Assembly: GCF_009914755.1 (NCBI RefSeq)
Contig: NC_060927.1
Source: the human T2T-CHM13v2.0 reference genome, Homo sapiens
Reading direction: 5' to 3' (one strand)
DNA length: 64,000 nucleotides
Made by a program: the position numbers and the translations under genes. The notes under the pieces are model-generated. The model was not told where the DNA came from, searched no databases, and saw only the letters and a program-made list of their open reading frames with translations. This document shows, piece by piece, positions 39,531 to 53,702 of this stretch. Position 1 is the stretch's first letter. Each line of letters opens with the position of its first letter.

Positions 39531-42500
39531 GAGGACCCTGGCTGCACAGACACTCCAGTGCATGAGAAAGGAATGATGAATGTCTACTATGCTATATTCT
39601 CACACCTCCGTGCTTTTGCACACACCATCTCCTTTGCCCAGAATGTTGTGGGCATCCGCCTCCTCTGGACGGACAATTAATGGTTTTCAACTTCTTACTG
39701 CCGTGCTCACTTGCCCTCTGCTCTGGGCCTCTTCCTGCTTAGCTTCTGCCCTGCAGCCCGTCAACAGCTGTGGTTACAGTGGTGCAGGCATCAGCTGATT
39801 TACAGAGGTGGCCACTCTGCACCAGATTTTCTTGAGGTCATGTTGGGGACTGATTCTTCCTTGTCCCTCCTTCGGCCAGGGCTGAGCCCATTTGGGGCTT
39901 GGAGAATGGCCCATCTCTGAGAGCTTCCCAGTTGGGAATGTCAGGAGCTGCTGAAACAAACACAGAAACACCCCTGGAGGGTAGAGGGAATTTTGGAGGG
40001 GCAAGACAGAAGACAGGACCAGAAGGATGCAGCGTGAGGGGAGAGATTCCCAGGAAGAAAGGAGGAGGGTGAGATAGAGCTAGGAGTGATGGGGCTAGCA
40101 GCAGAGGCCCGGCTGAGACCTCTATTTCTCCTATAGGCCACCTTTAGGTGGTACACAAGGCCCAGAGAAATGTTTCTCCTTCCCAAACTGTTATGGTTGT
40201 GAGCTCAGAGCTCCACGGCGGGGTGACCCCTGATTTGGCACTCCCCACTCTGGGCTCCAGGGTGCCCCCCTGAGGGGAGGGCAGACAGGAATGGTGGGGG
40301 GCTCTGAAAACCCCTGCTCTGTCCTGGGCCCCAGGGGCTGTGCAGAGGAATGTGGAGATCACAGCACATGCAGTGGGGCCACGTTAGACCTAGCTGGGAA
40401 GCCAGAAGACCTGGGTCCCGGCTGGAGCCGCGGAGCCACAGTGTGGTCTCGGGCAAGTCTCTTTTCCTTTCTGAGCCTGTTTTCCAGTCTGTAAAATAGA
40501 GATCTTCATCTTGGACCTGCCCACCTCTAGGTGCAGAGGTGAGGCAAGTGGAGAAAGGGATATCACAGCTGTGATAGGGCTGCACACCAGGAGTGAAAGT
40601 GTGTGTGTGTGCCCATCGGGTGCACACAGATACACGTGGGCATGATGGGCTGAGATGCACATGTGCACATGTATCCCATTCACGTGTGTGTGCATGTCCA
40701 CTGCAGGTTCCACATGGGGACATGGGCTCTACGTGTGCTCCTGTGGTTGCAGACAGGGGAAGAACAGGGAGAAATGTGTGCCCATGGGTTTTATACATGC
40801 ACTTGTGGGTGCCTGAAGCATGCCCACATGAGAGCCTGTGAGATGAGACTGTTGGTGCAGCAGGAACTTTGAGGTGGTGGAGCTCTCCCTTCTCCTCCCA
40901 CCCCATCTCCTCAGACTCTTCTGGTGTAGACACATGTCTCACTCACACACCCCCATACATGCAGGCTCTGCCATTGTGGCCCTGGCCCACACCTTAGCCA
41001 TACATACAGGCACACATATCTACCCAGCACCATGCCTGATATCCACACAGGGCACATCCCAACCACATGACAACCCCCATGAGCTGACAGACACCCTGCT
41101 TGTTTCTGGCCTAGGCAGGCCCTGCAACCCTTGCTTGTGAACTCTAAAGGGCACTTGGGGGGTCTCTTTTGCTGACATCAGCAGCTGCTCAGGGTGGCCT
41201 GGGGCTGGTAACCCAGGATGGTCCAGCGCCGTCTGCTGTGCCTACACTGCACCTTTCCCCACCTGCTCCCTCACAGGGCTGGGCAGCGGGGAGGACCCCA
41301 CAGATCCTCAGGAAGCTGGATCACCGGTGGGTAGGTGGGGCGCAGGCCCAGAGCCAGGAGGAAGGCATGCCTCCTCCTCCTCCTCCTCACTGTCTTCATG
41401 CCTGTGCAGGCTCCAGGTTTGCACCTGTGGATGTGGGGAGGGCACCAGCACCCTCTCCTTGCCCCCCTGCTGCTTGTCCTCTGGCACCTATGACAGCCCA
41501 TTATGCATTCTCACATTACTCATCTACTTTGCTTCCTGCCTGGCCCACAAGGTCCCTGAGGGCAGGACCAGGCCGACCTGTCGCTGTGCAGTCCCCAGCA
41601 ACTAGTGCAGGATCTGGCACACAGTAGACACTTAGTGTGTACGTGGGGAATGAATGGATGGGTGGAGCCTGGCAGGATGGGGTTCAGGGAGCACCAACAT
41701 GTGCTACAGTGGGAGGAAGAGCCACACATCCCTGCCTGTATCAGGTTTGGAAATTAATGGGCCCCGCGAAGGAGCCAGATGGGAGGTGGTGGCAGTGCTG
41801 TGAGAGGCAGGACTGTACTTGTGCTCCTATTGGCCCAAAGAGACCGCACCCTGCCCTGTGAGGGATCATAGGCTCCTTCTCTGTGATCACCCCCACCTCG
41901 CCATCTGCAGAGCCGCAGAAGAGGGCACTGCCTGGGGCTGGACCAGGGAAGGACACACAGTAGGTGCTCAACATGTGTCTGTAAAATGAACAAGTAACAC
42001 CCCTGCCTTACTCAAAGGGCTTCCAGAGTGTCCAATGCCAGGGTTGAAATCCCTGTGTGGTGTTCAAAGTTCCCACTGCTCTTTCTACCTTCTTGGCCCT
42101 CCACTGCCCCGAACTCCAACCAGGCCCCTGTGCAAGCCCCTTCCTGCCTTTGCTTGTGCTATGCCCCTATGTGGCCTGCCCTTCCCTCTTCCTGGCTAAT
42201 TCTAATTTCACCCATTCCCAAATCTTGCCACAGGCCCACTCAACTCCTTGGGGATGTCTCCCTGAGCACTCCCAGGGCCGGTCAGGGTGTCCTCAGGGTC
42301 TGTGAAGCAGGGCATGTGCAGGAAGCCTCAGGAGGGGAATGCAGGGCAGCTTGGGGGGCCAGTGTGCAGGGATCTTTGTTCTAGCTCCACAGGGCCATGG
42401 CCGCCTCTTCTCTGCGGCATCCTGGTGCTCCCCATGATGCCCAGCTGTGTCCACTGGCTGCTGCAGGGTGGAGAGGGAGAATGAGGTGGAGGGATGGAGG

Positions 42501-43514
42501 AATGCAGGGGTGGGGCCCCTCAGAGGCATGGGCCTTGAGGGGGTTCCCCTGTTTCTCCCTCACAGCTGGGGCATGGCTGGGATTTTGAGTCCCTGAGCCT
42601 TTGCGGGTATGGAGGGGAGCCTGGCCTCTGGGGGAGGGAGATATGCAACCATGGGGAGCAGCGTCTCAGTGTGGGAGTTGGGGGATGATCCTGGATGAGT
42701 CTGTGTGCTCTGGGCTGTATCTGGAAGCCCTAAGATGGAGTTGCTCAGCCTGCAGAGGAGTGGGGGAGGTGAGAGGAACATGGGGAGCTGGTGACTCAAT
42801 CCCTATTTCCTGGGCCAGGGAGAGATTATGGGAGGGGGAGTCTCAGCTGAAGTTCTCTAGAGGCGGAGCCACGGAAAGAGGCTTAGGCTTTTGCAAGAGG
42901 CATCATGGTATCATACAAGGAAGAACTTCCATTTAGTGGGCTCCCTCTCTAAAACAGGGACCTGAGGACATGGTGGCATCTCCCTTCAGAGTTAGGGATG
43001 GGCTAACGGATCACTGCCTCGGAAAGGGGGATGGGCCAGCCCTTCTCCAGCCCCATAATTAGAGATGTTGTTCTGGCTGCCTGAGGTCAAGGACCTGGGT
43101 CTCTAGCATACCTGGGGTCCTGACCACATGAGCCAGGACCTGACACCATGGTTGGAGCTCTGAGTCGGGAATTCTACAAGGGAAACATTGGTGACCCCGT
43201 TGGTGACCTTGAGGCCCATGACACCAAACCTGGGCTGCTTCTCACTTGATGAATAACCCTGTGGGCCCTTCCCATCCTATGACCATTGGGCTCGGGAGTG
43301 AACCTGAAGCTACCAGAGTTAAAAGCACCCTCATGGGAAAGTCGGGGCCCCTTCTACTTGAGGAAATCCCGGCCTGTTTAATGGGCACATGCTGTAGCCT
43401 TAAGTGAGTATGCAGGATGTGGCGGAAGCACACACAGAGCCCTCAGGAGCTGGTGCCGTTTCCCATATCTGGCAGCGACACCTAGGGTTGGAACCCTCAG
43501 ACGCCTCCCTGCAC

Positions 43515-43635
43515 ATCTATGGCTGTACCACTCTGAACGTGCACTATCTCTTCTGATCTCAAAAGCTAAGCAGGGTCAGGCCTGGTTAGTACTGGAATGG
43601 GAGACCACATGGGAAAACTGGGTGCTGTAGGCTTT
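43515..43635 (+). pseudogene. Full-length retroposed 5S rRNA pseudogene (RNA5SP family)
   Basis: Ungapped 121-nt alignment to the human 5S sequence from memory with 18 mismatches by hand count (about 85%), many of them CpG transitions; followed by an A-rich tail at 43641-43655. Confidence 0.95.
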
Positions 43636-46600
43636 AGGGGAAAAAAGAAAAGAAATGCCTCCCCTGGCATGATGGGAAGCCACAGAGGGTGCCACAGGGG
43701 AGAGGGTGGCCAGCAGTTCCCTGGGGCCAGGCCCTGCTTCCCCAGGTCCCCCGCGGAGACGCGGAAGGCCTGGCCTCTGCTCCTTGCCTGCCGTCTCTCT
43801 TCCCTCCACCTCTCCTTCTAAGAGGAAAATCACAGTGAAGTGAACCTTGTGGGGAGAAAGGAGAAGATTTTTAATTAAAAGTTAAAGAGAATTCACGTCC
43901 TGACATCCCGAGGGAGTCGCAGTAAGAGAAGGAGGGGAGCTGATGGGGCAGCAAGGGGGAGAGCAGAAAAGTAGGCCATGCCAGCTGAAGGCTCCATGCA
44001 TGGTCCTCCCAGCTGCCCCTGCCCGGCTGGGGTCCATCAATGTGGCAGGCTCTGAGCTGCACGGGGCCCTCTGTGCAGATGGGGCCTCAGCAGCCTCTGG
44101 TTTTCCATGTGGGGAGTGGTGGGGGCTCAGCAGTGGTGCTGTGGCTAGGGTAGCACCAAATACTGACTTGAAAACAGCTTAAACTGCTGTGCTGCTCCCT
44201 CTGCCTGGTGGCCTGGCTGGAGTTGTGATGCTTGGTCAGGGCCAAGGCTTGGGCCACATATGACCCACTGCGGGGCTGTATACATACCCTGTGCATAGTC
44301 CACAGCCCCTGGCAGCCCCTTCCTGAGAGATGAACCAAACCTTGGTCAGGGTGGAGAGTGGGAGGGTGTGGGGGCTCCAGGCAGCCCACCAGCTATGGGA
44401 AGTTGTCTGACAGGTAGGTGGACGGACAGATGATGGCGACGATCACTGGGGTTCCTGTCAGCTGTGTTTGCTGCATGCCTGGCAACTGGCACAGCCCATC
44501 CATGTGTGGCTATATGTGCTGAGTAGAGGCAATGCTGGCGTCCTGGCCCCCTCACCCCTTCCTCCTTGCCCCCAGCCTGCCTGTCACACACATGCCCTCA
44601 TGTGCCAGGCTGTGAGTGGGAAAGGCCACTTAGTATCTCATTAGTCTTAGCCCAGCCTGGGCCTGGGCAGTTCCCAGGTGTGAATAGGGTACATGGGCAC
44701 TCCTGGGGCAGGGCTCAGTCAGGCCTGTGCCATCCCTTCCCCTGGGTTCTGGGAGGTCTCTGACACCCTCAGGCCCTGCTCACTGACCTCCATTGGCTCT
44801 CCAGGCTCTGGAGCTGAGCTGGGGCATGTGTTGAGGGGCCCTGTGTGCTGGGGAGGGGGCCAGAGCTCACCTGTGAGGTGGCCCCACATCCAGAAATCTT
44901 TCTTCATCCCATTCCCTCCTTACCCTTTCCTGGGAAAAGAAAAACGTGGAGGGGGAACTATGACAGACATCATATTTTGCAAAGTGAGCTAATTACAGGG
45001 CAGTCACGCAGGGAGATGGGATTAGCAGAAGAATATTTGATAAAAGGGAGCCCAGGTATGCAAATGGGTGGCAGGGAAAGGTCAGGGTCACCCTGAGGAG
45101 ATTGTGGGGACTGGTGCTTCTGGTGCAACTGGTGCAGTTGCCCCCCTCACCCAGGCCACAGTCACAAGGCTGGGGTGTCACTGCTGTCCATAGATGAAGC
45201 ACAGATGGGTCCATTTTCTCTCTTTAAATGTTTACTACTAACCTGCTGGGCCTGGGGACAGGGTCTTCCCAACTCTCTCACCTGACTCGTGGTGGGGATG
45301 CATCAGCCCAGGGCACTCCTCCCACCCCATGGTGCCCTGCTCCCCAACTCTTCAGCCCTTGGTACTACAGGGACACAGGAAGATGATCTGGGACTCTGAA
45401 GCCCATCATTCTAAAAACTATCCCCCAGCAGGGCCACGAGGCCTCCAGCACCTGGAGCCAAGGGTCCAAGGTGCAAACTCAGAAAAGCTTCAAGCCCCTC
45501 AGAACTCTGGCCAGGAACATGATGCTACACTTGCACCAGGACCCCAGGATGTGAGTGAGTCCAGGGGAAAGGCCATGCCCTCTGACCCCAAGTGACTGGG
45601 AACTGCTCACTGATGCACCCCACCAGTTCACTGGCTGCCTCCTGGGGAGGTGTCGGCAGACATCTGAGGAAGGAATACGAGAGGCAGGCAGGAGGCACTG
45701 CCTGCTTCCTGACCATCCACGTTGGTTCCTGGGGGTTCTGCCTTCTCACCCTGCAGTCTGCTCCCGCCAGAGATCCCCTGACCCAAAGGCACTGCTTCTA
45801 CCCTCCATCCTCTTTAGCACCAGGAGCTGTCACGGACCATCCCTCCCTGGCTGCCTCACCTTATCCTGAGTCAACCCCGACATCCCTGCAGCCCTAGCTC
45901 TGGCTTCAGGCCTCTGACCCCTCCCCTGACAACTACAAAGGCCTCCACCCTGACCACCCCACTTCCTGTGGACTGGAGTCTAACTGCCCACCCCAGTTCA
46001 GAACTTGGAACCTGGCTCCCCACACAGTGGAAGCTGGAGGCCGCCCTGGATTCTGCCAGATCTTCCACTCCACTCCCCCAGGTTGCCACAGGCTGTTCCC
46101 TTTGTCAGAATGCTCCTCCCTGCTCTGAGGTGCAAACTCCCTCCTTCCCTCTAGCCTCAGCCTCAATGCCCCTTCCCTGTGCTTCCAGGTAACTAGGACA
46201 CTTTTTCACAGAATCTCAAAGTGGAGTCAAGTGACAGGGATCTTCCCTGCCAAGCCCCCTCCTGGAGCAAAGGATCCAAGATGCAAGCTCAGAAAAATGT
46301 GAGACCCCTTCTTTCAATAGCGATAGCCACACGGCACAGGCGATCTGCATGCTGACCACACTTCCCCTCAGAAGACCCCACTGGCAGTCCTACCAGGTGG
46401 ACTCTTACTGCCCATCTACAGATGGGGAAACTGGGGAGAAAAAGGAAATCACTGGCAAAGGCCACAAGGCTGATGGGTCAGTGCTGTAGCTGCAATCTCG
46501 CCTGGCGCTTCTCCCTCTTCATCCAGTTGCCTGATCCATGCTGCCCTGGAAGCCGAGTCACCCTCACAGACTCATTTCTGGAAAACCTACTTATGAAGTG

Positions 46601-49600
46601 GGTGGGGGGTCTTATTTCAGAAGTAAACAGGATTTAGTTGGCCCAGCTCTGCTACGCGGCCAACAGACCTGGTCCCTAAGTGGTGGAGCAGCGTTGGCTG
46701 AAGTGAAAGAACCCAGGTTCCCCCCAGACCCAGGGTAAGCTGCTTCCCCTTTCTGGTCCCCTGTTCCCCCATCTGTCTCTGACAGCTGCCCCTCAGTGCC
46801 AGTCACCAACCAAAGCTGCTCATTTCTGCCCTCCCCAGGGCTGTGGCTCCCTGACCCCTGGCCTATGCCTACGCAGCTCATGGATGGATCTCAGCTTGCC
46901 TGGTTCCTGGTCTCCTCAAGCCCCATCCCGGCAGTCCCATCCCCTGCCCTGACCCTGCCTCACTGGCTATCTGTCTGTTCTTCTGTCCATTTGCTTGACC
47001 ACCTAAGGCTCCTCTCCTCGGAGGCTGCCAGACCTGATGACTGGGGACACAGGGGAGGAGAGAGCAGCAAGGGCTGCTCAGAGGGATCTTGAATAGAAGG
47101 CTGGGAAGCCCCACACTGAATCTTCAAAGACTTCATGGCTGCTGTGCCAGGTAGAGACTGCCTGCCCTGCTGACCTTTTCTAAGTCCCACCCCATTGCCT
47201 AGGGCTGCCCCTGCTGGTTTCAGATGCCTGCCCAGCCTGCACTTGGCAGTCCTGTGGGATGAATATGTGAATCAAGAATGGAGAGCTGCCCACTTGTCCA
47301 CCAACCCTGTCCAGGGAGGGGCTGGACCCTAGGCATCTGGGAGGCTGAAGGATGGGGCGTCTTGCCCTAGCTGATCTCCGTAACTGGGCTCCAGCTGGTG
47401 TTGACACAGCAAACATGCTGCAACTCCCATTTGTCAAGGCACAGAGTGGGCAAACACAGGAGGCTGCAACAAAGGGCCCGACAACCGTGCCCAGCCTCTC
47501 AAACAAGGGCCCCCAGGCCTGTGCCAGGAGGCAGGAAGCTTCAAGCAGCTGGATACTTTGGCCCTCAGAGATGGGAGGTGGGGACAGGGCCCTTGACAAG
47601 GCCCCCAAAGAGGGGAAGGCTGGCAGGAGGCCCTGCAGCCCAGGATTGTTCTACACACGGGGCGGAGCTAAAGGAGGACAGATCCATCTGTCTGCGGGGC
47701 CTGCCCCACGCAATACCCCCAGAAGCATCCCTCCCTGGACTGGTGTCACCAAAGCCTGGGCATAAACTCTGATGACAGATCTGTGCGGCCATACCTGTTC
47801 CAACTGTACTGGTAGGGAAACTGAGGCTCACAGAGTGTGAGGTTTGCCAAGGGCTCAGTGCTGCTCAAGTGTGAGTGGGGGATGCAGCACAGGGTGTGTG
47901 AGGGCTTTGCTTCTTGGCTACCTTCTATGCTCTGGTTCTGGTCATGGGCACCCCGTGCCATGCTGCACCTGCCTAAGAGGGACCCTTGGCCACAGGTTCT
48001 TTTTTGGGGCAGTGCAAGGTCTGGACTGTGTGGGATGTGGTCCCTGGATGGGGTCTCGGCTAGACCCCAGGGAGCCCCGTGTACCCCAGGGAGACTGGCC
48101 TCACACTGCATCTGCACATGTGCTCTGTGGAGCCTGCCAGTGGGCAAGACCCTCTGCCACTGCATGCATGCACCCCAACACACACGCACGCGCTCTCCAC
48201 CTCAGGACCTTGGGCCTTCTTGCTCCCTTATTCTCCCTTGCCTAGCTAAATCCTCCCTCCTCCCAGGTCCCCTAGGCCTGGTCAAGTATCCCCATGGGCT
48301 TGCCCCATGGCTCCACCCTTTGTGGTATGCATCACTGCCATCTTCAGCAGACTGCACTCCTCAAGGGAGGGGCCTAGCAGGTCTATTCGTGCTGTCCCCG
48401 TACCTGGTAACCTACTACGATGCCAGCACACAGCAAGGGCCAGTGCTCAGTAAACAGAAGCTGAAGCAACGGAACCTGAGGCACCCAGTATCCCAGGACA
48501 GGAGGAGCCAGGGTCAAGGTGGAGTCTCTTCCAGGAAAACCTCAGGTGCCCCTGCCCGGGTCACCATGGCACCTGGAGCCAGTGAAACCTCAGGGGTTAG
48601 CTTGGGGAAGACAGCTGAGGGTCTAGGAGGGTCCCGAGGGCCTTCTTGCCACCCTATCCCCCTACCTGGGTCTGTGGCACTGGCCTTCCCCAGCAGCACC
48701 CCTGTAAGCCAAGGTACCTCCCACAGGTACCCACTGCCACAGAGAGGCATCGCTCGCTATGTATTTTAAGGCACAGAAAGTGGGGCCAGAGAAGTGACTG
48801 GCCGCTCCCAGGGCCATGCTTCCACAGGGCCAAGCTTGTGGATATGCAGCTACCACCCCAGAACTCAGGCGTAGAACCCTGTGCCCTGCCTCTGTCACCC
48901 CCACACACCCTCTCCCCTGCAGTGGAAACTGATGCCCAGGCCAAACCTTCCAGGTTCCCCTCCCAGCCCCCAGTACTCCCATCTCAGCAGATTCAGCCTG
49001 AGTCAGTTCTGCTCACTCTCACTGCTAAGCCAGTGCCCAGGCTGGGAACTCTACTAAGATGCCTTCCTTCTTCCTTTCTTCTATCTTTGGAAATTCCACC
49101 TGCCTTCCAAGGCTCAGCTCAAATGCTACCTCCTCCAGGCTGTCTTCTTAGACTTGCCTGTCCCATGTTAGCTGCTCTGCACATTGGGACCCCACAGCCT
49201 GTTCCCCATCTCCTTGAAGTCTGGGCCCGAGGGCAGGGATCATCCTGGCCACCGGCTCGCCCTTCCTCACATGCACCTACCCTCCCCCAGCCTCGCACAC
49301 CAGGATTTCAGAACGAAGGGCCAGACACTATTAAAACTCAATTAAAATTCTTACTTCTCTGATCCTAAATTAGGCTGGTTTGTCCCTGTGGCACCTGCAG
49401 GCCCTTTCCCTCCACCTCTTTGCATCTGCTCCCTTCGCCACCTGGGACCCCCGGAGAAGTGGGCACCATCAGGGGATCCTCCCTCTACGCAGGCCTTCTC
49501 TGGGGAGTGGAGACACATACATCTCCCTCCCTGGGGTTCATTTTCTCCATTCAACGGACTCTCATCTCCCTGTCCTGGATTCCTCTCCTCTGGTGGTGAG

Positions 49601-51829
49601 GTGCAAGGGTATTAAAAAGGAAACTCGGGGCAACAGCTCCCAGCCTGCACTTGGAGCCTTCTCTGAGTGGGACTGGCCATCCTCTCCAGCTGCTCCCCAG
49701 CAACCCCCAGTCGAGGTCCTGCCTCTAGGCCCTTGCTCATGCTCTGCCCTCCACCCGGCTTTCTCACCTTCCCTTCCTCCCCTGGCCTTCCCCTTTGCCC
49801 CAGTCAGCACCACTCTACTTCCTCCCAATCCCTGGGAGCTCTGGGAGGGCAGGTACACAGGCTCAGGAGCCAGGGTAAGCAAGGGGAACTGTGACGTTGC
49901 CTCACCCAGGCAGTGACCAGGGTTGACATCTAGTCTCCGACTCTGTTTTCTCATCTGTAAAACGGGCATTCTGCCCCACAGCAAGTAGAGACTGGAATCA
50001 CACAAGGCCTAGGGCCAGGCTGGGGCAGCAGAGGTTTGCTGAATGACTGAGTGAGCAAGTGAAAGCCAGGGAGGCTGCATGGCACTCCCAGGGGAGGCAC
50101 CTGGCATCAAAAGCAAGGCCGTAGGGTGGGACAGGCTCTTGCAGTGAGAGCTGGGCCTGGGGCAGCTCAGCCAAGGTGTCCCCACAGGAGGTGGGGTGAC
50201 ACCAGTCAGGACACCCAAGGTGTTGAGCTTCCAGGCCCGACACATGCCTGCAGTCAATCCCTTCCTCTGAACTTCAGCCACTAGGGAGAATTCGGTGGCT
50301 GGGTACAGGTGGTGGGGCTGACCCATCAGGCTCTGTGGGCCTCAGGAGTGTTGCACACCAGCCCCCTAGACCCTTATTTTGACTAGTAGGTGCTAGTCAG
50401 GAATGATCACAGCGCTTCTGACCCCTCCTGAGGTCCCTGCATCTTGGAGGAGGTCCCAGGAGAAGGGCCTGCTCCACGGAGCAGTTTCAGGGGCCAGAGA
50501 AGCTTAGCCCCAAATCCACAAGTCAACCTTTCCCAAGGCCTGGCAGGCTGGGCCAGGCCCTTGTCTGACCACCACTAGCTCAGGCGGGTGGCTGAAGACA
50601 AGAGAATGACTATTTCTCTTGAGGACCCTTGGCCATGCCCCAGCCATGTCCCACCTGCACTGTCTCCCTTGACCTTCCCAGGGAGACCAGCTCCCAGCTG
50701 GAGGCCTTCAAGGGGTCTCAGGATTCTCGACTGCCAGACAGAGATGCAGGCAGGGGAGGCCGTCCCCACACTCATGTCCAGCTGTTGGGGGTAGCGTCTT
50801 TGCCCAAGGCTCACGCTGACCCCAGGGACACTTGGGTTTACCGTCCCTTCCGCAGACATCCAGGCCACCTCGTCCAAGGAGCCCTCTCTGACTCCCATTC
50901 CTTGGTGGTCGCTCTGCCACCGCATGCTCCCTGGTTTCTCCTAGCGTTCACCACCAAGTCCCTTCCTTATCTCCTTGCCAGCCAGCTCTTTGGCTGCCTC
51001 CCTCTGTAGGCGGAGGGCCCCAAGGGTGCCCACACAATGGGTGTCCAACAGATTCCCAATCCCCAATGCTTCCCCCATCCCTGGGGACCCCCAGCTGGCT
51101 CCTGTGGGCGGCAACTTGCCAGGAAGCAGCGGCACTGTTTGGGTGAGGGGAGAATAATCAGCTGTAAACGCCGCAATCAGGGAGAAAAGGCTGCTTGGGC
51201 GCTTGGCGCCCACGCGTGCGCCTAATTGGCTCCACGTGTCTGCGGCTCCTTTCCAGAGCAGGAGAGTGGAAGGGTCAAGATCTCTTAATGTTCATAATGG
51301 AGGGGAGGCAGAAGCCATCGCCAGCCCCACATAAACACCTTTTAATTGCCCAGAGAAGGGTGGGAGGAGGCAGCCAATGCCACAGGATTTCCTGCCTGTC
51401 CATCTACCATTACTGCACCTTTTAGAGCTTCCCTAGTGTGGAGTCAGATCCCAGAGGCTGAGCCCCAGCCACAACCCAGAGCCACAGCGCTGGCAACTGT
51501 TCTACAAATGTTCACCAGTTTGCAGAACTCGTGTTCTGTTCCAGGCCAGGCCTTGGCAGTAGGCGACATCCATGGCCTGGTCCTCCAGGGGCCAACCTGT
51601 TTGTCTCACCCTCGTCAGTGAATGCACCCGTGGACTCAGCTGAACTGGCCTCCAGCTGCCTCAGTGCCAAACTTTCCCCAACATCTTGCTGCCTCCTCCA
51701 GGCAGCCTTCCTGTGACCTCTTTGGACTGAAGGGATCTTTCTCCTGCTGGCCCTTCTGCCTGCACCTCTCCGAGGCCCCCAGTATCTCCCTGCTGTGGCT
51801 CTCATGGCTGCATCTCTGTCCCGTTAGGC

Positions 51830-52042
51830 CAGTGGTTCTCAACTGGGGCAACTTTGCCCCCAGGCAACATTTGGCGGTATTTAGAAATATTTTTGGTCAT
51901 GACAACTGGGAGAGTGGTGTACTGCTGGCATCTAGTGGGTAGAGGGCAAGGGTGCTGCTGAACATCCCACAGTGCACAAGGCAGCCCCACCGCAAAGCAG
52001 GATGCAGCTCAAGATGTCAGCAGTGCCGAGGCTGACGCCCTG
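51830..52042 (+). mobile_element. MER20 (hAT-Charlie), essentially full length
   Basis: CAGTGGTTCTCAAC..GGG...TTTGCCCCCAGG..ACATTTGGC...CTGGCATCTAGTGGGTAGAGG...GCTGCT.AACATCC.ACA.TGCACA...ATGTCA..AGTGCCGAGG.TGA..CCCTG. Confidence 0.9.
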
Positions 52043-52609
52043 CTTTAGATAAGGCTTTAGAAAGGAGGTGGGAGCTGGGTAGGATGGTCTCCTTCCTGAC
52101 AAAGGGAGCGGTCTGCTGCCCCACAGTCCCTGACTCCCTCCCTGGCTCACACCTCCTGCCCCTCTGAATGCCCAGCCCAGAGCCCAGTTCCTGAACAGAC
52201 CCGGTCACACTGCCAACAATGCATCACTTTAATTGGGTTAAGTGGCCATTAGCAGCAAAAGCAGGGCGGCTGTGTGCGGAAGGGTTTTTAATTTTACTCT
52301 TTAAATGATGCTCATTCCCCAGAGAGGCCACCAATGGTGGGAACAATGCCCACTGGAGCCCCTAGAACCAAGGCCAGAACTGCATGCCGCCCCCTCCCAT
52401 CCATCTGAGCCTCATGGGGGTGTGGGAGGGGTGCTCAGTGTCTTGTCTTCACTGCCCAAGGAAGAAACTGAGGGGGCAGGGACTTGCCCAAGGTCACTAG
52501 GTCATCAGAGAGCAAGCCCCTGTCAGAGGAAACCAGTGTCCCATCTCCTATTCCCTTGACCCTGTCCCACTCTGGACAGCAAACACCACATGGCCACTAA
52601 TGGTAGCAC

Positions 52610-53150
<541 letters not shown>

Positions 53151-53204
53151 GTAATCCTGGGAAGTAAAGATTTCGACCATTTTCTGGGAAAAATCCTGAA
53201 CTCT

Positions 53205-53702
<498 letters not shown>

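Noticed and set aside
47837-48769. Longest ORF in the track (310 aa, plus strand)
   Set aside because: Starts at GTG in MIR-like sequence; Pro/Leu/Ser/Cys/Trp-rich composition typical of GC-rich noncoding DNA; no recognisable domain
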